From contig NC_043008.1 of the NCBI RefSeq assembly GCF_006345805.1, positions 45,880,001-45,944,000 of the forward strand: 64,000 nt of DNA, given 5' to 3'. Positions 56,301 to 64,000 of the stretch are shown here, one piece after another (the stretch's first letter is position 1; every line of letters starts with the position of its first letter). The position numbers were made by a program, and so were the translations under genes. The notes below the pieces were generated by a model, which was given only the letters and a program-made list of their open reading frames with translations, ran no database searches and was not told the origin of the DNA. The DNA is from Octopus sinensis. Its lineage: Eukaryota.

Positions 56301-57689
56301 TTATTGAAAAAAAACTGCAAAAGTGAATGTGTGTGTGTAATGCATAGCTCGTTTGTTCCGTCTATCTAATGGGGCAGTAGTGAAAACCTCCAATACATTT
56401 TGTTTCATCTCATAAGCACAGGTGTCGCTGTCAGAAAATTAGTCAAAATGCTGCAGTGGGAGGCATAAATCGTGTGAAAATGCTGGGAATTTTAATACCT
56501 GCATATAACATTGTGAGTGTAACCATTCAATATATTCAGAACGATAAATTCTAAGGTTAGGAGTCTCTCTCTCTCCTTTTAGAACATACTCCTACAAATC
56601 ACGTTACATAAGTAGGTGTATGTGAATGTATGATGTGTGTGTGTGTGTGTGTGTGTGTGTACGTACAGACATTAATATATATGCATGTATACGTATACGA
56701 AGTATGCATGTGTACGGATGTGTACATATTTTAATGAGTGTATGGATATATAAATATATGTGTGTGCATCGTGTGTGTGTGTGTTGGTACGTTTTTGTGT
56801 GCATATGAATGCGTATTCGAGTGCCCTAGTTTCACGATAACACTTGGTATTTTCTTATAGAGCTGTTTGTATACTGACCAACATCTAAAACCAACAAAAT
56901 CTATGCAAATATACTTTTTTAATATTCAAGCATTCAGTATTTCCGGATTGTAAGATGAATGCGTGTGTATCATATTAAACACGGAAGTCGCTGGGTCTGC
57001 GGTTTCAAATAGATATTGTTTCAATGTTCCCGACCCCTAACTTTCGCCGCCGCTATCCTACACCACACTTCTATGCATTCCTCCAAAGCACAGTATTCAC
57101 TCCAAATAGCACAATGTACATAACACGCACGAACATAGACAATGTACACACACGCGCACACTCATAAGCACATACAACTTTCGCACACAAACATATGCAA
57201 TACACATGTACACCAGGGGTCTCACACAAACACACACACACATACAAACTCAAGCATGTGCACATACCACCCGAACAAACATACATCAACTGCTAAATAC
57301 AAAAGTTTTACACACACACACATATACACACATACACACACGCATACACACACAAATGATAGCCTCACACATGTATACACACGTCCATAGCCACACACAT
57401 GCATGCAAAGATACACGAAACGCGTATCCCTCCCCACAACGCACATACAAGGTTACTTGTACACATAGACACACATAGTCCCATACACGCACACACACAA
57501 AGATGATAACCCTCCACACATGTACACTCGTCTATACGCACTCACACATACATGCCAATAGATGAAACACATATCACTCCACAAAGTGCACGCACACACC
57601 AGCCCACATAATTTTAAGCTCGGCTATTCATACATACTAACGCACTTGCCCAAATCACGAATACACGCTCACACACATTCGCGCGCACT

Positions 57690-57972
57690 TGAGCACCCTA
57701 GTTCGCCTGATTCATCGTTATTATCTTCCTTTCAATCAGCCTCTTTCTTCCGGTCACTTCATCTTGACCAACCGTTAATACTTACATATTTTCACTCAGT
57801 TTTTTCCGTTCCCTCTCCATTCTTTTCTACCCCAATCTTTTCTATCAAAGAGCGTAGGCTCGAAACATCAAAGACTTTTGCATTCTTTCGATCGTTAAAG
57901 TAATACATCTGCTTATTGTTCCTCCACCTGTTTTCGTCCATTGTTTTCTGTAAATTTGAACTATATATATAT
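57690..57972 (+). mobile_element. Old Neptune-related pLTR with decayed hammerhead
   Basis: AAGAGCGTAGGCTCGAAAC at 57848-57866 and a CCACCTG...TTCGTC tail as in 48415-48655. Confidence 0.7.
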
Positions 57973-58235
57973 ACGAGGTGGTATCAAAGAGTACTAGGAC
58001 TAATTATGTTCAATAAAAATTAACAGGAACTGTTCTCAAATGTAGGGTGGAGATTACATAGCAAAAACAAGTTTGACTATGTGCGACAGGATGACAGTAC
58101 ACCCGCAGCAGATTCCTGGCTCCACAACTAGGAAAATTCCAGTGAGATCTCCACCATCGAACAAACATCCAAAACACCAAATTTCACGTCTGTAACATTG
58201 CATCGGAAACACTTGAGTTCCGATTCAATAAAGGA
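57972..58235 (+). mobile_element. mariner-derived non-autonomous fragment
   Basis: TA-CGAGGTGGTATCAAA terminus; no second TIR seen. Confidence 0.4.
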
Positions 58236-59479
58236 AACATGTTTATTAAGAAATATACACCAAACTCAATATTCTCTAACAATGCAATAGAAGGATAAAA
58301 CTCAGTAAATGAAAAGTTGTAGTCACGGGCTTCCTCCGGGATTCGATATCCTACTGTAAAATTACACCTTGTATTGTCAACATCAGTTGTTGACATCGCT
58401 GTAGGTTTTAACCGGACCCTTGGAAGGAAATAAGTAAATAAACAAGTGATAAAACCACTTGATAAAAGTAAATGTTGTCATCGGAAAGTCAAACAACCTG
58501 GACGCTGGACAACTGCCAAACCAAAATATGTGAACAAAACACTCAAAACAACAACTGACATATTAAAGCAGTCAACCAGGTAAAATACTAAATCACAGGC
58601 GGAAAAAAAAACAAGTGTCATCATTAACTTTATAATCAATACGAACTTCAGACAATATCTTACAAATTTATACAAAGCAATTTCGGTTAAAAACATTTCC
58701 AGCGTTCATCAGTTAAACCCGCTGCGAGGAATCCTCCTTCGTGCAGTACAAAATATTTTTTAATCCTTTTCCTCTCTTTTTCTATAAATCTAAAAACTCG
58801 CATTTAATGGTTAATGTAACTCATTGCTACTGAACTTTTAATCATGTTTGACTTATAAAATTCATGAATCATTTGCACTCTCATTATTGTTCATTTCTGT
58901 GAAATTTATTGAATATTGGAATTTGTATGAACATATTTTCTAAGTATATTTCCTGAATTTTCTGTTGTTCTTACAATCGCCCGTGGCCTTTTATATTTAG
59001 CATTGAAAAAACAAATTGTTGAAACCAATATGGTATTTTAGCATCTGTTAAAAGAATTTTAATCTACAGTTCGGTTTTAGACTCATATCCATTTTCAACC
59101 CGCAAACCCAAGTCAATATTCTTTCGTGTGTGGGAATAAATCTCATTCCTCCCTATAAGTGTATATATATATATACAAAATTTGATCCGTGAATGTTACT
59201 TTTACACGCATACAAACATACACACTCACGCACACACAGATCATACACTCTCTCTCACACACACATACATGTGTGTTTGTGAGCGTATGTATGCATTTAA
59301 AATTTGCACTAAAGTTTGTGGGCATTTGAACTATGAATCGTTACTCAGTCATACACGAGACGAGATGGGTGTGGCGTTTTCTGCAGTGCCATCCAGTGTT
59401 TCCTGAAGAACAACGAAATTACAAAGAGAGAGAGAGAGAGATAGAGGAAGATATATATATATATATATAACCACAACGC

Positions 59480-60503
59480 AATACGTTTGAAAGAGATCCA
59501 AAGAGGTGGAAATCCGTTGGTGCTAAATCAGGAGAGTACGGCGGATGTGGCAGCACTTCCCAGCCATGCGTTTGAATGGCTTCCTTCGTCATATTAGCGA
59601 AATAAGGATGGGCGTTGTCGTTCAGCAGAAGAACTCCATTCTGCTGATTAGGTATTTTCTCTTCAATAGCCGTGTTGAGTTGTTCCTTCTGTTGAACATA
59701 GAATCCCGCGTTGACCGTTTGTTCTGTTCAAGTAATTCGTAATGGATAATCCCTTCCAAGTCCCACCATACACACAACATCGTTTTACGCGGATGAAGAT
59801 CTTGTTTCACGCGCGGTGTTGCTTGTTTACCGGGGCTAAACCATTCCTTACGCTGCTTCATATTGACGTATAAACACTATTTTCCGTCGCCAGTAACGAT
59901 TCGGTAAAGAAATCGTTGCTTGTGTCCATGAGTTGAGCGGTGACGAGCAAGCAAACTAGCGGAGATTGTGGCTCGTTGATTTTTGTTATGGTCATTTAAA
60001 ACATGCGGAACCCATGCTCCATCCTTCTGATGAAGTTGCTTCTCTATAGCAGCGTGGGAGCATTCCATTTTCTCTGCCAGTTACCTTGTCGTTTGACGAG
60101 AATTTTCGTGCCAAAGTTGGTTTAATCGCTTTCATTGAACTCAACTGGACGGCCAGAACGGGGTGCGTCTTTGAGGTCAAAATTTCCAATTTTGGCATGC
60201 AGCGGTTCCTTCAGCTATGACACTCTATGCATACACAGCACATATGTCGCGAGCAGCTTTTGCGGCCTTAGAACCCTGATTAAAAGCATAAAGAAGGATG
60301 TGTCGAAAATGCTCGTTTTTCTTAACTTGATATACCATTTTAATGATCTGAAACTAAACAGAAATTAACTAAAATTGACTAGAAAAAAACAAAAAAAAAA
60401 CAAAATAGATTCCAAAATGATTCCAAAATAGACTTCTCGAAAAAAATAGATTCAAAAATTTCAAATTTCAAAAAACAGTGAGAACTTAGTTGCCAACCCA
60501 ATA
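59480..60503 (-). mobile_element. mariner transposon, truncated and frameshifted
   Basis: TA-TTGGGTTGGCAACTAAG terminus at 60503; GAWVPHVL, RIVTGDGK, HPRKTMLCVWWD, DNAHPY, PPYSPDLAPTDFHLF. Confidence 0.9.
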
Positions 60504-62914
60504 AAATTTGATATGAACTCAATACATGAAGTGTCATTGTTGGGCCAAAAGCCTAATGAAGTAACCTCCGAAGAAGTTAACTTAAGCGCCGCCTGATAGG
60601 TCTGCTTTTAAGCTAGTATATATATATACGTACATAAATCCATGTGTGTGTGTGTGTTTGTGTGCGCGCGCGTGTGTGCATGTGTGTGATGTGTGCGTGC
60701 GTGTGTTTCTCTGTGTGTGTGTGTGTGTGTATGTGTGTGTGTGCATGTGTCCGTGTGTGTCTGCGTGCGTATTTCCACGCGTTTATATGTTGTGTGCCGG
60801 TAAAAGCTGGCATATAGTTTTCGGATGCAATGATCAATTTTGCTATAAAATTTCTAAATAGTTAATTTGTAAATATAGATTTTATCTTAATTAGATTAAT
60901 GTGAATATTGTAATTGATTTACTTTTACAATTTCTCATGATTCTTAACAAAGATCTTCTCTTCTCCTGGCTCCCTCAAACTGTCTCCTTCTCAATGTCTC
61001 CTCTTTCACCGTATCTCAAATAATTTTCGTTTTTCTTTTGTGAGTCCTAAAACTATTCAGATTTCGTTACACATTGCAAATAAATTAATCGGGACATTTT
61101 AATATTGGATAAATTTAATTACAGCTCAAAATGAAATATACTAATGGCTAGGAGGCTGCATTCATAAGCGATGAAGATAAACTGTGAACTGCATAAACAT
61201 AATAAGCAAAAATTGCTTAAGTTGCGTATAAATAATAAAATGACGATATAAATGTTTATAATTTATAATTTTAGTTTTGAGTTTTTATTTTACATTTTTG
61301 ATTAAGTTCTTCAGAATTAAATATACGTGTGCGTTAGAAATACTGAAAGCAAATCCAGTTATATATTTGAAGTATTTTCACTATTTTCTTAAGGTGAGAG
61401 ATAAAAGTTTATCAAATAGAATAAATGAGTGTTGTGGTGCATAATGTCAGCTTATGTTATGTTTTCCAGTTGGTAACGATTCGCATGTAAAACAAATTCT
61501 TTTCAATTTTGCCCGTAAGACTTTTAAGCGACTTTTAACACCAATATATATTTTGCTTCTGTACACTAATGTTGTATTATTGTTTGCGAAAGAAATTATT
61601 ATTTCATATAAAGCTGGATTTTGCATTATCAATAATGATGAACTACATTGATACACAAATAACCACCGTAAAGTGTCTGTTTTCTCTTCAGTATGATCTA
61701 TAAGTGTTATCGCCGCTACACATTTGGAGTGGAAATAAAATGGGCAATTGAATTGTTGTCAATATACAATATATTATTACTACTTCCTTTAGTTACACAG
61801 CTAGGTAGGATTTTAATAAAGAATTTAAAATATTAAGCTAATTACTACAGTTTATATAAAGCCCTTTTAGTTTTTCTGTTTTTAACATTTCACTTACTTA
61901 GTTTTCATGTGAAATTCCTAAAACCATTATCCAGAAAAATTAATCAGTGGTGAATCACAGCACATGGGTGTTTGTATATCATTAATTAAATATTGAAAGG
62001 ATGTTCTATTAAAACTGTTTAAACACAGGAAGTATGATGTAAATACCGAACGAAAGTGTAAGCATTTCATAAAGTTGGTGTCTGATAAAGCACATTTCGA
62101 AATGAAAACTAGATGATTGCTCCTAATCAATGAACCAATGAGTGTGTAGACTGAACGTGAGAACTCATAAAAAATTGCATTGACTGATCAACGGTTTGAT
62201 CGAAAAAATTTGTTAGTTTCCGAGCCGAAAATAATCAATATTTCAATCAGAAGTAATCGACATAGAAGCTATACAATTACGTGATATAGAAATTCAGAAC
62301 TGTAGAGCCAGTGACGTAATAACTAGAAGGAATGAAAATATTTCATTAAAAGCAAAGAAATGAGCACATCGTTTGCAATACATCAGTGAAAAACCTAGCC
62401 GACTCTGTTTGAAACATTTAAAATTTAAGCAATGAATGTAAAACGTATGAATGAAAGCTTAGAGCATAAGGCTAAGGCATTATCGCATTGGTTGTTTGGT
62501 TGTTTCCTAACGAATACATGTATGTGCAATCCTCCTTCTCAAATCCAATAACCCTTCGGTTTGTCTAAGTGTTATTAGTTGCATAAAGGAAAGGAAAATG
62601 TGGAAGATGCTTGTAGACTACTTAGAGTTTTGTTGCATAAATACATGGAACTTAGTTCTAGAGAAACTAAAGCATATCTTCAGAATGGCGTTTGAATTAT
62701 TTCTACTAAAGTTGGAGTAAATTATTACAGCTTATGTGACTTTAAGTCTTAAGCACACACATTTGTTACATCACAAACAATATCAAGATAAAGAAATGCA
62801 AGTATATCATAATTTAAACAGAACTCAAGTTGCTATAGATTTGTAGACAAGTGTGCATACGCACACACTCTCTTACACACACACACATACGCATATATAT
62901 ATATATATATCCTC

Positions 62915-63025
62915 CTTAAATCCTCCTCCTTTCTTTCCTTTCCTGAGTGTCCAATAACGTTATACTTGTTCCACGCCCTCGCGCTGTTGGTGTTTTCTCC
63001 TTGTGTTTTTCTTTAGATTAACGAT
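62915..63025 (+). mobile_element. Short PLE pLTR tail remnant between (TA)n tracts
   Basis: TTTCCTGAGTGTC.AATAAC...TTCCAC...TTTT layout resembles 17425-17510. Confidence 0.4.
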
Positions 63026-63028
63026 ATA

Positions 63029-63082
<54 letters not shown>

Positions 63083-63584
63083 ACATATAAATTCTTCAAT
63101 TACCCTTGTAAATTCCTTAAATTGGATGTAAAGGTAGTAACAAACTGAATTCTTGTAAATAAAAATCAATGGAAGGTATAAATGAAATAAATTCCCACAT
63201 GCGGTAAGAATGCAATCTGCAATCATACTAAGTTAGTCATGGAAGCCACATTACTGTTGGAAGTCATATTATGAAATATCAAATTTTAACGTGCAGATAA
63301 CACATCCTACGAATTCCTTTTTACAAGACAACTACAACTGGTTACTGAAAGAAAACGGATTCTTGAATAGGTAAAAGCGATTTTAAGTATCTCGACTACA
63401 CCAAAAACAAAAGCAGACACTGGATTATCTTAACTTGAAAATAATACTACGAAATCGTGTAAACACAACGCAGAGGGAATATATTTCAATCCAAGCCATT
63501 AACAAATACAATTACAAGTACAAACAAATAGTAGATATATAAAAAGATTTTAAAATAATATATATATATACATATGTGTATATA

Positions 63585-63746
63585 GGAGTGGCTGTATGGT
63601 AAGTAGCTTGTTTAAAACCATATGGTTCCAGGCTCCAGGTTCAGTCCCACTGCGTGGCACCTTGGGCAAGTGTCTTCTACTGTAGCCTCAGGCCGACCAA
63701 AGCCTCGTGAGAGGATTTGGTAGACAGAAACTGAAAGAAGCCCGTC

Positions 63747-63792
<46 letters not shown>

Positions 63793-64000
63793 GTGTATAC
63801 AATTGTGTGTCTGTGTTTTTCCCCCCACCATCGCTTGACAACCGATGCTGGTGTGTTTACGCCCCCGTAACTTAGCGGTTCGGCAAAAGAGACCGATAGA
63901 ATAAGTATTAAGCTAACAAAGAATAAGTCCTGGGGTTGATTTGCTCGACTAAAGGCGGTGCTCCAGCATGGCCACAGTGAAATGACTGAAAGAAGTAAAA
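63585..64000 (+). mobile_element. CORE-type tRNA SINE (family B) with internal (TA)n
   Basis: GGAGTGGCTGTATGGTAAG head, B box GGTTCAGTCCC, CACCTTGGGCAAGTGTCTT CORE motif, (TA)n at 63748-63780. Confidence 0.9.

Overview
AT-rich, microsatellite-dense eukaryotic DNA. The SINE, LINE and microsatellite content suggests an octopus or other cephalopod genome (inference). No intact host gene is recognisable; most predicted ORFs are translations of simple repeats. The window is a transposon graveyard: a 5'-truncated Neptune-type Penelope-like element (PLE; RT + GIY-YIG) with related termini, a Naiad-like PLE 3' remnant, a cluster of R4/Dong-type REL-endonuclease LINE fragments in (TAA)n tracts, one CR1 and one RTE fragment, three mariner relics and several tRNA-derived SINEs. 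The main signal not in the ORF track is about 15 type I hammerhead-ribozyme-like motifs from about 9 unrelated short-element families. They share a palindromic stem III, most lie next to (TA)n or (TAA)n, and many sit in fold-back structures. They include a 553-nt non-coding retrozyme-like tandem, two U3:A8 covariant cores, an A6U family, versions with 50-94 nt stem II inserts, and one linked to a tRNA-type B box. All folds were assigned by eye and need computational and biochemical confirmation.
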